Origin: Kiritimatiellia bacterium
GTDB taxonomy: Bacteria; Verrucomicrobiota; Kiritimatiellia; RFP12; UBA1067
DNA: 64,000 nt
Direction: 5' to 3'
Assembly: GCA_017962315.1 (NCBI GenBank)
Contig: JAGCVN010000069.1
Location: 975-64,974, forward strand
Below, piece after piece: positions 10,023-19,039 of this stretch. The position numbers and the translations under genes were made by a program. The notes beneath the pieces are model-generated. The model saw only the letters and a program-made list of their open reading frames with translations, was not told the DNA's origin and searched no databases. The stretch's first letter is position 1; each line of letters begins with the position of its first letter.

Positions 10023-11021
10023 TCACCAGGTGACAACCGTCGCCCCCCAGGAAAGCCCGACGCCGAACCCCGCCAGCAGAACCTTCATGCCGCGGAGAAG
10101 CCTGCCCTCCGCCTCGGCGCGCGCAAGCGCGATCGGGATGGTGGAAGAAACCGTATTTCCGATATCCTCCATGTTGATGTAAAACTTCTCTTGAGGCAGA
10201 TCCATCTCGCGCCGGAGCGCTTCCAGCATGAACGTGTTCGCCTGATGGAAGACGTAGAGGTCGATGTCACCGCGCGAAAGCCCGTTTTTCGCCAACGCCT
10301 CGTCCACCGTCTGCGGCACCACGCGGAGGCTGAACCGGTAGATCGCCTGGCCGTTCATGTAGAGGTTGTCGCGGGAACGGGTATTCCCGTAACGGTCGGT
10401 CTCCTCACGGGCGGACTCGGCAGTGCGGGGTTCGCGGGCACAACCGGTCGGCACGACCAGCGTCGCCGCCCCGGAGCCGTCAGTGCCGAGCGAGAACGCC
10501 CCCACCTTCTCCGTTTCCGACGCGGTGAGGAGGGTGGCCGCCGCGCCGTCGCCGAAAATCGTACGCACGGATTTGTCCATCGGGTGGACATACTTCGTGT
10601 AGGTGTCGGCGGTCACAAAGAGAATGTTCGACGCGATCCCCGCCGCCATCAGCCCCTTCGCTAACGCCAGTCCGTACACGTAACCGGAACATCCCAAGTC
10701 GAAATCCGTCGCGCCGCACTGCTTGGAAAGCCCCAGGCGATGCTGCAGGATACAGGCGGAAGAAGGAAGGTGGTAATCAGGAGACTGCGTACACATCAAG
10801 AGAAAATCGATGGATTCAGGCGACACCCCCGCTTCAAAAAGTTTGCGGCAGGCCTGTTCCGCGAGGTCGACCGCCGTCTCGCTTTCTGCTGCGATATGGC
10901 GAATCGAGACGCCCGTCTTGTTCAGGATTTTCTCAGGAGTCCATCCCGTGTACAACCCAGCCAACGTCTCGTTGTCGAGCGTTGCCTCCGGCAGTGCATA
11001 AGCTATCGAGTTGATTTGCAT
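10023..11021 (-). CDS. fabH: 3-oxoacyl-ACP synthase III
   Basis: 332 aa. Active-site Cys context LGCSGYVYGL, plus FHQAN and IGNTVSSTIP. Confidence 0.85.
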   Translation of the reverse strand: MQINSIAYALPEATLDNETLAGLYTGWTPEKILNKTGVSIRHIAAESETAVDLAEQACRKLFEAGVSPESIDFLLMCTQSPDYHLPSSACILQHRLGLSKQCGATDFDLGCSGYVYGLALAKGLMAAGIASNILFVTADTYTKYVHPMDKSVRTIFGDGAAATLLTASETEKVGAFSLGTDGSGAATLVVPTGCAREPRTAESAREETDRYGNTRSRDNLYMNGQAIYRFSLRVVPQTVDEALAKNGLSRGDIDLYVFHQANTFMLEALRREMDLPQEKFYINMEDIGNTVSSTIPIALARAEAEGRLLRGMKVLLAGFGVGLSWGATVVTW

Positions 11022-11181
11022 AACAGTCCTGCGGTAAAGAGAGGTGTAACTTTACCACATCCCTCCGTTCACGTCTAGCAGCATTTTTCACGTTCAGCAC
11101 GCGCACAGGACCCATGCGCGAAACCGCCCGGCATGGACTGCGGACGGACAACGGGGGCGTTGCCCCTCCCCTGCGTTTCAC

Positions 11182-12543
11182 TCAAGAACCGTGCGGGAAA
11201 AAAGCTTTGTAGAGGGCGTTGACCGCCTTTGCCCGATATTCGGAGCGGACACCGAACATGATGCTGATCTCCGAAGAACCTTGATTGATCATCTCGATGT
11301 TCACCCCCGCGCCCCCCAACGCTTCGGCCGCTTTTGCGCACATGCCAACCGTGTAGATCAGTCCCTCTCCGACCAGCATGATCAACGAGTAGCCGCGTTC
11401 GACCATCACGTTGTCCGGCTGCAGGTCGCGCTTGATGCGGGCGATGACGCGCGCCTCGATCTCTTTCCCGAAACGGGAATCGCGCATCAGCACGGACACG
11501 TTATCGATACCAGAGGGCATATGTTCCCAGGCGACGTGTTCCTCTTCTAGGATCTGGAGCAACCTGCGCCCGAAACCGACCTCGCGGTTCATCATGTATT
11601 TATCGACAAAGAGGCTGCAGAAACCGTCGCTGCTGGCGACTCCGACAACCGTGCCGGGCTGGACGCGGCGCGACTGGACGATCATCGTGCCGGGCGCGTC
11701 CGGATGGTTCGTGTTGCGGACGTTGATCGGGATGCCCGCACGGACGGCGGGGAAAACCGCCTCGTCGTTGAACACGCCGAATCCCGCGTAGGAGAGTTCC
11801 CGCATTTCGCGGTAGGTCATCGTCGCGATCCCCTCCTTGACGGAAGGGACAAGACGGGGATCGACCGGGTAGACGGAATCGACATCGGTGAAATTCTCGT
11901 AGACGTCGGCTTTGACAGCGGCCGCCAGAATGGAACCGGTGATGTCCGAGCCGCCGCGCGGGAAGGTAGCGACCTTGCCGGAAGCGGTATACCCGAAGAA
12001 TCCGGGGAAGATGACGATTTCATCGCGGAGGAGCGACTGGGATAGTTTTCGATAGGATTCCGGAAGGAGCTGGGCGTTGCCGAAATCGTCCGTCATGCAC
12101 ATCCCGGCCTCGCCCGGGTTCAGGTAGACGGCCTGCGCGCCGCGCACACGGAACGCCTCCGCGACAATCTTCGCGCTGTTGTCCTCGCCCGCCGCCTTCA
12201 TCGCATCGAGGAACATCCCCGGATGCGATTTGTCGCCTGAAACACGTGTACGGAGATCCGCCTCGATTGTCGCCACAATCTCCGGCGGGAGCGAGAGGTC
12301 GCGCTGGATTGCCGCGTACCGCTCCACAATCTGGTTCAGTGTCGGTTCATACGCCTTGCCGGCCAAGGCGAGTCCCGCACAGGAGATCAGCAAATCCGTC
12401 ACTTTCGTATCCAACTTGTTCCGCTTGCCGGGCGCGGAAACGACGACAATGCGTCGGTCGGGGTCCGCCAGCACGATGTCCACGATTTTGGTCACCTGCA
12501 CGGCATCTGCGACGGAGGAACCGCCGAACTTGCAAACTTTCAT
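11182..12543 (-). CDS. lysC: aspartate kinase
   Basis: ORF 11182-12570. The internal ATG at 12543 gives the canonical N-terminus MKVCKFGGSSVAD. C-terminal ACT-like region. Lies 16 nt downstream of the hom stop. Confidence 0.88.
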   Translation of the reverse strand: MKVCKFGGSSVADAVQVTKIVDIVLADPDRRIVVVSAPGKRNKLDTKVTDLLISCAGLALAGKAYEPTLNQIVERYAAIQRDLSLPPEIVATIEADLRTRVSGDKSHPGMFLDAMKAAGEDNSAKIVAEAFRVRGAQAVYLNPGEAGMCMTDDFGNAQLLPESYRKLSQSLLRDEIVIFPGFFGYTASGKVATFPRGGSDITGSILAAAVKADVYENFTDVDSVYPVDPRLVPSVKEGIATMTYREMRELSYAGFGVFNDEAVFPAVRAGIPINVRNTNHPDAPGTMIVQSRRVQPGTVVGVASSDGFCSLFVDKYMMNREVGFGRRLLQILEEEHVAWEHMPSGIDNVSVLMRDSRFGKEIEARVIARIKRDLQPDNVMVERGYSLIMLVGEGLIYTVGMCAKAAEALGGAGVNIEMINQGSSEISIMFGVRSEYRAKAVNALYKAFFPHGS

Positions 12544-12559
12544 CTTCACACTACCTTGC

Positions 12560-13858
12560 TTAAAGAACACGGAGCTTGACAGGCGCCTCGCTCACGACCC
12601 CCGCGCCTTGGATTTCCTTCAACGCACGGCAAAGGTCGGCGTTCTTGGCCACGTTCGTCAGGAACACCACGGGGACGTACCCCGTGCCGGTTTCGCCCGA
12701 CTCTTTCTGCGTGGCCGCGCGAATGCTCACGCCGCAATGTCCGAGAATCGTCGAAATGATCCCCAACGCGCCGGGACGGTCTGCGACCATCATCCGGACA
12801 TAGAAGCGCGACTCGATGTCCTCCGCCTTGCGGATGGCAAGCTTCCCGGTGTTCGCGATGCACACGCCGCGCGTATAACGGGGGCCTCCGGCGAGGATGT
12901 TCCGGGCGATGTCACCGATGTCGCCGATCACCGTGCTGGCGGTCGGGGCACGTCCCGCGCCGCGTCCGTAGTAGAGCGTGTCGCCGCTCATGTCGCCGTT
13001 GACCATCGCCGCGTTGAAGACATCGTTCACCGTCGCCAGCATATGCTTGGCAGAGACGAGGGTGGGATGGACGGAAACTTCAATCTCGTTCCCTTCCCTC
13101 TGGATGGACGCGAGCAACTTGATGCGGTAGCCGAAATCACGGGCGTACTGGACGTCGATTCCCGCCAGATTCCGGATGCCCTCGACCTGGACCTCCGCCA
13201 TCGGGACATGGAACCCGTAGGCGAGCGAGGCGAGGATCACGGCCTTGTGCGCGGTGTCGAACCCGTCAATATCCAAACTCGGATCCGCCTCGGCGTATCC
13301 CGCCTCCTGCGCAGCTTTCAAGACCTCCTCGAAGGGGGCGCCCTCGTTCTCCATCCGGGTGAGGATGTAGTTGCAGGTCCCGTTCAAAATACCATGAATG
13401 GTGTGGATCTGGTTCCCCGCAAGCCCCTCGCGCAGGACGCGGATGATCGGGATTCCGCCCCCGACACTCGCGCCGAAGTAAACATCCACACCGTTCTTCT
13501 CCGCCGTCGAAAAGATCTCTTCTCCATACTCAGCCAGCAGCTTCTTGTTCGCGGTAACGACGTGCTTGCCCGCGTTCAACGCCTCCAAGATAAACTTCCG
13601 GGCGACACCCGTCCCCCCGATCAGTTCGACGACAATCTGGATTTCCGGATCGTGGATCACCGTCGCTGCATCGGGGATGAGCATACCGGGATCGACGGGG
13701 ACGCCTCGATCGCTCGTCGTATCGAGGTCCGCGATCTTCCGCAAGACAACCTCGACGCCGAGCCGGTCTGCCATCAAGCGGCGGTTCTTCCTTAAACCGT
13801 CCACCACGCCGGCGCCCACGGTTCCGAAACCCAACAAGCCAACACCTATTTGTTTCAT
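12560..13858 (-). CDS. hom: homoserine dehydrogenase
   Basis: 432 aa. Has GLLGFGTVG (NAD site), a central catalytic domain and a C-terminal ACT domain. Confidence 0.88.
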   Translation of the reverse strand: MKQIGVGLLGFGTVGAGVVDGLRKNRRLMADRLGVEVVLRKIADLDTTSDRGVPVDPGMLIPDAATVIHDPEIQIVVELIGGTGVARKFILEALNAGKHVVTANKKLLAEYGEEIFSTAEKNGVDVYFGASVGGGIPIIRVLREGLAGNQIHTIHGILNGTCNYILTRMENEGAPFEEVLKAAQEAGYAEADPSLDIDGFDTAHKAVILASLAYGFHVPMAEVQVEGIRNLAGIDVQYARDFGYRIKLLASIQREGNEIEVSVHPTLVSAKHMLATVNDVFNAAMVNGDMSGDTLYYGRGAGRAPTASTVIGDIGDIARNILAGGPRYTRGVCIANTGKLAIRKAEDIESRFYVRMMVADRPGALGIISTILGHCGVSIRAATQKESGETGTGYVPVVFLTNVAKNADLCRALKEIQGAGVVSEAPVKLRVL

Positions 13859-13887
13859 ACGATTCTCGCTCCAAACTTGAAAAGTCC

Positions 13888-13917
13888 AGTATAGAAAAGA
13901 AACGGGGGGATTGACAA
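13888..13917 (-). promoter_or_regulatory. sigma70-like promoter for hom-lysC
   Basis: The minus strand reads TTGTCA (13917-13912), an 18-nt spacer, then TATACT (13893-13888). It sits about 30 nt upstream of the hom ATG. Confidence 0.4.
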
Positions 13918-13927
13918 GGATAATGCG

Positions 13928-14323
13928 TCAAGGAGAATCCACCCGGTAGGGTCTTTCAAACGCCTCTTCAAAGGAAAATACATCCTTGAACTGGTCGTAG
14001 GTATCCCCCTTCTGGCGGGCGATGACCCCGGCGTCCACCAGGTGCGCCACGAGTTCGCCGACATCTGCCGTCGAACGGATCCCCCACTCTTCCAACACAT
14101 CCCGTGCAAGCGGGCCGAACTCCGAAAGGGCATACTCCTTGAACGCCTGAAGCCAGTCCTTCGCATCCACGTGCCTCGGGGCTTCCTGTATGGCACCGCA
14201 TCGATGGAGTCTTCCCTTGACCGCGACATCCAGCGACTCCTGCACGAACAGGTAGGCGTTGATCGCGAAACGGGGATCCTTCGCGACGATTGCACGGATT
14301 GTTTTCAAGAGTCCTGCATTCAT
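13928..14323 (-). CDS. conserved hypothetical protein (resembles a small family restricted to Planctomycetes/Verrucomicrobia)
   Basis: ORF 13928-14356. The ATG at 14323 forms an ATGA overlap with the proA stop. No catalytic motif recognised. The family memory (Minf_1886-like) is uncertain. Confidence 0.5.
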   Translation of the reverse strand: MNAGLLKTIRAIVAKDPRFAINAYLFVQESLDVAVKGRLHRCGAIQEAPRHVDAKDWLQAFKEYALSEFGPLARDVLEEWGIRSTADVGELVAHLVDAGVIARQKGDTYDQFKDVFSFEEAFERPYRVDSP

Positions 14324-15576
14324 CCGCGCAACTGCCCCTCTCCGCGCACGACCCACTTGTAAGAGGTCAACTCCTCTAGTCCCATGGGGCCGCGGGCATG
14401 GAACTTGTCCGTGCTGACACCCATCTCCGCGCCCATGCCGAACTCGCCGCCGTCCGTGAAGCGCGTCGAGACGTTGTGGTAGACGGCCGCGGAATCAACT
14501 TCGTCGAGGAAACGTTCCGCCGCTGCGGCATCCTCCGTGACGATCGCGTCGGAATGGTGTGAACCGAACGTGTTGATGTGGTCGATCGCCTCGCCGACAC
14601 CGTCCACGACCCTGACCGCAAGCGTCAACGACAGATACTCCGCATACCAGTCCTCTTCCGTGGCGGGAAGGGCCGCCGGCACATACTCGCGCACCGTCTC
14701 GTCACCCCGCAACGCAACCCCCTTTTTCGCCGCCCAGGCGCCAACCTTCGGCAAGAATGTCTTCGCGATGGCGCGGTCTACCAGCAGCGTCTCCGCCGCA
14801 TTGCAGGTGCTGGGGCGTTGGCACTTCGCGTTGTCGAGGATCTTCAACGCCTGCGCCTGCCTCGCCTTCTTGTCGACATAGACGTGGCAGACGCCCTTGT
14901 AATGCTTCAACACGGGGATGCGTGCGTGTTCGACGACCGCCCGGACAAGGCGTTCGCCACCGCGCGGGATCACGACATCCACATACCCGGCGAGACCGAC
15001 AAGCTCGTTGACCGCCTTGTGGTCGGTCACTTCGATGAACTGCACGGCGTCTTGCGGCATCCCTTTTTCCGCACCGCCCGCCTGGAGTGCGTCTGCGATG
15101 GCTTTGTTGGAACGGACCGCCTCCTTGCCGCCGCGCAGGATCACGGCGTTCCCCGTCTTGATGCAGAGGGAGGCCGCGTCCGCCGTCACGTTCGGACGGG
15201 ATTCGAAAATAATCGCGACGACACCGAGGGGGACGCGGCGTTTTTCAATCCGCATCCCGTTCGGGCGCGTCGTCCGTTTGATCACCTTCCCGACGGGATC
15301 CGGCAGCGCGGCGACCGTCCGCAGTCCTTCGGTCATGGCACGGAACCGGGCGTCGGTGAGCGTCAGGCGGTCAAGCATCGGGCCGCTCATACCGGCTGCG
15401 GCTGCCGCTTCCAGATCGGCCTTGTTCGCGGCGATGATTTCCTCGCGGCGCGCCTCCAGTCCGTCCGCCATCGCCTTCACGATGGCGACTTTCTGCCGCG
15501 TGGCAAGAACGGCCATTTTGCGGGAGGCCGCAAGCGCCTTCACCCCGATATCGTGGATGTACGTTTTGATGTTCAT
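14320..15576 (-). CDS. proA: gamma-glutamyl phosphate reductase
   Basis: 418 aa. Aldehyde dehydrogenase-like, with the typical proA N-terminus (ASRKMA...) and IFESRPNV. Confidence 0.9.
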   Translation of the reverse strand: MNIKTYIHDIGVKALAASRKMAVLATRQKVAIVKAMADGLEARREEIIAANKADLEAAAAAGMSGPMLDRLTLTDARFRAMTEGLRTVAALPDPVGKVIKRTTRPNGMRIEKRRVPLGVVAIIFESRPNVTADAASLCIKTGNAVILRGGKEAVRSNKAIADALQAGGAEKGMPQDAVQFIEVTDHKAVNELVGLAGYVDVVIPRGGERLVRAVVEHARIPVLKHYKGVCHVYVDKKARQAQALKILDNAKCQRPSTCNAAETLLVDRAIAKTFLPKVGAWAAKKGVALRGDETVREYVPAALPATEEDWYAEYLSLTLAVRVVDGVGEAIDHINTFGSHHSDAIVTEDAAAAERFLDEVDSAAVYHNVSTRFTDGGEFGMGAEMGVSTDKFHARGPMGLEELTSYKWVVRGEGQLRG

Positions 15577-15597
15577 CTGGTCTCCTGTTTTTGACGA

Positions 15598-16407
15598 TTA
15601 AAGCGCACTGCCGAGAATCAGCGTCCCGGCATCCTTGCCCGCGAGGATTTGCGTCAACACGCGCGCGGAGCGGCCATTGGCGATCACCGTCGGGCAGCCC
15701 GCCTTCACGGCATTCTGCGCGGCACGGAGCTTGGAATCCATGCCCCCCTTCGAAAGCCCGCCGTTCGGGAGCGAGGGATTGACCAGCTTGAATGCGTCGG
15801 CGAGGTTTTCAAAACAGGGCACGCGATGCCCCGCCTCATCCAATACGCCGTCCACCGTGGAGAGGATGACGAGCAGATCAGCCCGCGTCAACTTGACGAC
15901 CAATGAGGCGAGATAGTCATTATCGCCCAGCGAGAGCGACGCCTTGACCTCCTCGTCCGCGACCACGTCGTTTTCGTTGATGATCGGAATCACGTTGTGG
16001 CGCAGCAGGTGTTCCAGCGTACGCTTGGTGTTGTTCAGACGCAACCGGTGCTGGAAATCCGCATGCGTGAGCAGGATCTGCCCGATGATAAGCCCCTGTT
16101 CCTTGAATAAACCTTCATACTGGGCCATGAGGAGGGCCTGTCCGACGGCCGCGCACATCTGCAAGTCCGAAACGGCGGTCGGCCGGCTTTTCAAACCAAG
16201 CGCATCCACGCCCGCGCCGATCGCACCGGAGGAGACCAGGATGATTTCGTACCCATTCGACCGGAGGTTCGCAATCTGCGAGACCAGCGATTTCATCGAA
16301 CGTTTGTCGGGCCTCCCTGTGCCCTGCTCGATGACACGGGTCCCGACCTTGACGACGACACGGCGGGATTCAGGCAGAAATTCACGATAGCGGTTTATCA
16401 AGTCCAT
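15598..16407 (-). CDS. proB: glutamate 5-kinase (short form, no PUA domain)
   Basis: 269 aa with VVKVGT, LVSSGAIGAG and GDNDYLA. Confidence 0.88.
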   Translation of the reverse strand: MDLINRYREFLPESRRVVVKVGTRVIEQGTGRPDKRSMKSLVSQIANLRSNGYEIILVSSGAIGAGVDALGLKSRPTAVSDLQMCAAVGQALLMAQYEGLFKEQGLIIGQILLTHADFQHRLRLNNTKRTLEHLLRHNVIPIINENDVVADEEVKASLSLGDNDYLASLVVKLTRADLLVILSTVDGVLDEAGHRVPCFENLADAFKLVNPSLPNGGLSKGGMDSKLRAAQNAVKAGCPTVIANGRSARVLTQILAGKDAGTLILGSAL

Positions 16408-16436
16408 GACAGTTCCTTGCGTTCAAAACGGGCGGC

Positions 16437-16465
16437 AGTTTACCACAAAACGCTGTGCTTGGCAA
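16437..16465 (-). promoter_or_regulatory. candidate promoter for proB-proA
   Basis: The minus strand reads TTGCCA (16465-16460), a 17-nt spacer, then TAAACT (16442-16437). It sits about 30 nt upstream of the proB ATG. Confidence 0.35.
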
Positions 16466-16536
16466 CGATTACGATTGCAACGCGCGCGGACGGGAGCAAC
16501 GCAACCCCATGACAACAAGGAACAGCGCGGCCTTTG

Positions 16537-18180
16537 TCACTGGTTGGCCCGCCTCATGGCCTCCTCGGCCCTTTTCCCCGTGGAGAAGTCGTCAAGCGTT
16601 TCAAGATAACCGCTGACCCTGCGAATCCGGCTAATCGAGGACGAACCGCATTTCGGGCACGTGTCAAAAGTCCCCCTCTCGCCGCAGACGCGGCACATGT
16701 CGAGCGGGAAGTTCACGCCGAGATACGACACGCCACATTCCGTCGCGAGAGATACGATGTCGGCGACCGCCTCGACATTTCCGACCGGTGCTTCGCGAAG
16801 CTCCACATACGAGATGCTGCCGCCGTTCGCAAACCGGTGGAACGGACCTTCTGTCGCGAGTTTGCGCGCCAGGCTCGCTCCTGAATCGACGGGAAGGTGG
16901 AAGGAGTTCGTGTAGAACCCTTTCCTCCAGCATGAGGCTTCCGGAAAGCGTTTCGAGTCCTCGTCCGCGAACCTGCCGGATATGCCTTCCCCCGGGGAAG
17001 CTAGAAGTGCGAAATTCCGCTCCGTTTCCACACAATATCGATCCACCATACCGCGCATCGTCTCAAGTATCTTGACGGCCATGCGATTTCCCGCCTCCGT
17101 CTGCAGTCCGCCACCGCAGAGAATCTCAACGGTTTCCGCCATCCCAATAAACCCTACGGAATACGTACCCTGCCGGCAAATCCCGTCCGGGGTACGCGCG
17201 CCCCAGTTCCCGGAAGCGGCAACCTCCGCCAAGTAACGGCTTTGTCCAAGTGTTTCGGCGCGTAACATCAACACCTGTTTTGCGGCGTCCATGACCTCCG
17301 CAAGCCTGGTGAAAAAACGGCCGGCGTCATGTGTTTCGAGGGCGATATGCGGCAGGTTGAGCGAAACGGCGGCGATGTTCCCACGTCCGATCGAGCCGAC
17401 ATCCCCGTTGCGGTTGGCGTACACCCTTGTGCGGCAGCCCATTATATTCAACGCCCAAGGATCGCAACCGGCGTTCGGCGCGGAATCCATGAGCAAGTAG
17501 GTCGGTATCATTTTCTTTGCCGTACACGCGCAGGCGCGGAGGAACAAGTCGTGGTTAACGGCGCCCTTTCCGTTGATGTCGCGCTTGACCTTGAACACGA
17601 TGTTGGGGCGGGTGAAATCCGCCGGAAGCGATTCAAACGCGGCAAGCACCGCCGACGTGACGATACGGCCCCACTTGCCGGTGTCTAGCCCCAAGTTGAG
17701 CGTTACGTAGAAATTTTCGCACGAGTTGCGCAGACGTTGCGTACTCAAGCCAGCAAAGAACCGTGTGGCCTCCTCGCGGAATGCCTCCGCGTTCGCTTCC
17801 GTAGGAGGCACGCCGGCACGGGTCAACGCGGCCGCCATGTCGCGGTCAAAGTTCCCGCAACCGATGCCACCTGTCTGCCGTTGACCGACAGCGTAGATCA
17901 TCGACCTCGCCTGTTCGATGAGATCCGCGATTTTCCCGTAGTCGGTCCGGCTGCGGATAAACTCCGGGTTCAGATAGCTTTCGGGACGCGGCGTCGAACA
18001 GTTCCCGACGTCATTCCATCCGTCAAGGTCGTGGATATGGATGACGGCGGCTCGGTGAAGACTGGATAGCGATTCAGGAAGCGCCGCAAGCACCCGTTCC
18101 TTCTCCATCCGCGCGCCTTCCGCAAAATTACGCCCGGCGTGAGTATCGCGGACTGCCGAATTCTCTTTTGAAATCTTCAT
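16537..18180 (-). CDS. nrdD: anaerobic ribonucleoside-triphosphate reductase (class III), short form without ATP-cone
   Basis: ORF 16537-18234. The ATG at 18180 avoids overlap with nrdG. The C-terminus has the zinc ribbon CRVC...CPKC and the glycyl-radical motif RRVSGYL. Confidence 0.85.
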   Translation of the reverse strand: MKISKENSAVRDTHAGRNFAEGARMEKERVLAALPESLSSLHRAAVIHIHDLDGWNDVGNCSTPRPESYLNPEFIRSRTDYGKIADLIEQARSMIYAVGQRQTGGIGCGNFDRDMAAALTRAGVPPTEANAEAFREEATRFFAGLSTQRLRNSCENFYVTLNLGLDTGKWGRIVTSAVLAAFESLPADFTRPNIVFKVKRDINGKGAVNHDLFLRACACTAKKMIPTYLLMDSAPNAGCDPWALNIMGCRTRVYANRNGDVGSIGRGNIAAVSLNLPHIALETHDAGRFFTRLAEVMDAAKQVLMLRAETLGQSRYLAEVAASGNWGARTPDGICRQGTYSVGFIGMAETVEILCGGGLQTEAGNRMAVKILETMRGMVDRYCVETERNFALLASPGEGISGRFADEDSKRFPEASCWRKGFYTNSFHLPVDSGASLARKLATEGPFHRFANGGSISYVELREAPVGNVEAVADIVSLATECGVSYLGVNFPLDMCRVCGERGTFDTCPKCGSSSISRIRRVSGYLETLDDFSTGKRAEEAMRRANQ

Positions 18181-18193
18181 TCGAATCTCTTTT

Positions 18194-18655
18194 TCACGCC
18201 ACTTTGAAAAAACGCTGATTTGAAGACCCGACATACGCGGATGTGCTTGTCCTCAGCTCTTCCCGGTATTCTCCGACCTTCAACCAATCGATCCTCTGCA
18301 ATATTCTGGCAGGAACTTGGTCTATCTGCCGCCACGTGTACAATGCGATCTCGAATCCGTCCGCCTTTAAGGTTTGCACGAGGCGGAACAATCCCTCCTC
18401 CGACTGGGCAAGAGGCTCGCCTCCTGAAAGAGTGACCCTGCGTATCGGGGATTCTTCCAGCCGTTTGACGATGTCCGCAACCGTCATGGCCGTTCCACCA
18501 CGCATGGAATGGGAGGAGGGATTGTGACAGTTCACGCATTTCACCTTCTTGTCGCATCCTTGGAAAAACACGACAAGCCGCACGCCCGGACCATCGGCAA
18601 CGGAACCGGAGAGATCGATGCTGTTCACCCGCAATGTAGTCTGGTCATCACCCAT
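18194..18655 (-). CDS. nrdG: anaerobic ribonucleotide reductase activating protein (radical SAM)
   Basis: ORF 18194-18805. The likely start is ATG 18655 (MGDDQTTL...). Has GPGVRLVVFFQGCDKKVKCVNCHNP and TLSGGEPL. Lies directly upstream of nrdD. Confidence 0.8.
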   Translation of the reverse strand: MGDDQTTLRVNSIDLSGSVADGPGVRLVVFFQGCDKKVKCVNCHNPSSHSMRGGTAMTVADIVKRLEESPIRRVTLSGGEPLAQSEEGLFRLVQTLKADGFEIALYTWRQIDQVPARILQRIDWLKVGEYREELRTSTSAYVGSSNQRFFKVA

Positions 18656-18791
18656 GTTATTCTCTTTTTGACAAGTTTGTTTCATACACCATACCTGTTT
18701 GCTTTCTATTACTATAATACGGGATGCGAGCGGCATTTTCCATCTGATGGCGAATTTTATTGGTTCTTCAAAGAAAACCGTGGAAATGTTC

Positions 18792-18911
18792 GGGACTTCG
18801 TGCATGAGTGCGGGCCAGATTCAAGCAGCAAAGGGTGTTTCCGAGGTGTAAAACGATGGTTTCCCCGAAAAAATGCCCTTTACCGGTTGAATCGCTCACG
18901 CACGAAGTCCC
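18792..18911. repeat. about 120-nt imperfect palindrome in the nrdG/DUF2723 divergent intergenic region
   Basis: GGGACTTCGTGC (18792-18803) is the perfect reverse complement of GCACGAAGTCCC (18900-18911). Nested complementary pairs: TGAGTG/CGCTCA, GATTCAA (18818-18824)/TTGAATC (18887-18893), AAAGGG (18830-18835)/CCCTTT (18876-18881). Confidence 0.7.
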
Positions 18912-19039
18912 CGTTTTTTACGCCGTTTTCCCTTGCTTTATGGCTTTTCTCTGTTACACTCAACTTTGTTTTGCGGGGCTGGATGCTCGAAGGACAGGTA
19001 TACGATGAAACGTTTTACGATTTCCACACGAGAGTTTTC

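Noticed and set aside
12179-13795. Long ORFs antisense to well-supported genes. Examples are 12179-13795 (+), 25540-27300 (+), 23987-25339 (+), 2673-4208 (-), 540-1562 (-) and 39492-40655 (+).
   Set aside because: They fully overlap genes with clear family motifs on the other strand. Their Arg/Pro/Gly/Ala-rich composition is typical of shadow frames in high-GC DNA. No recognisable domains.
18656-19039. Cobalamin riboswitch or NrdR boxes upstream of nrdG
   Set aside because: I read the minus-strand leader and found no B12 box (AGYCMGGAGACCKGCC-like). I also found no paired NrdR-type 16-bp palindromes. Only the 120-nt palindrome is reported.
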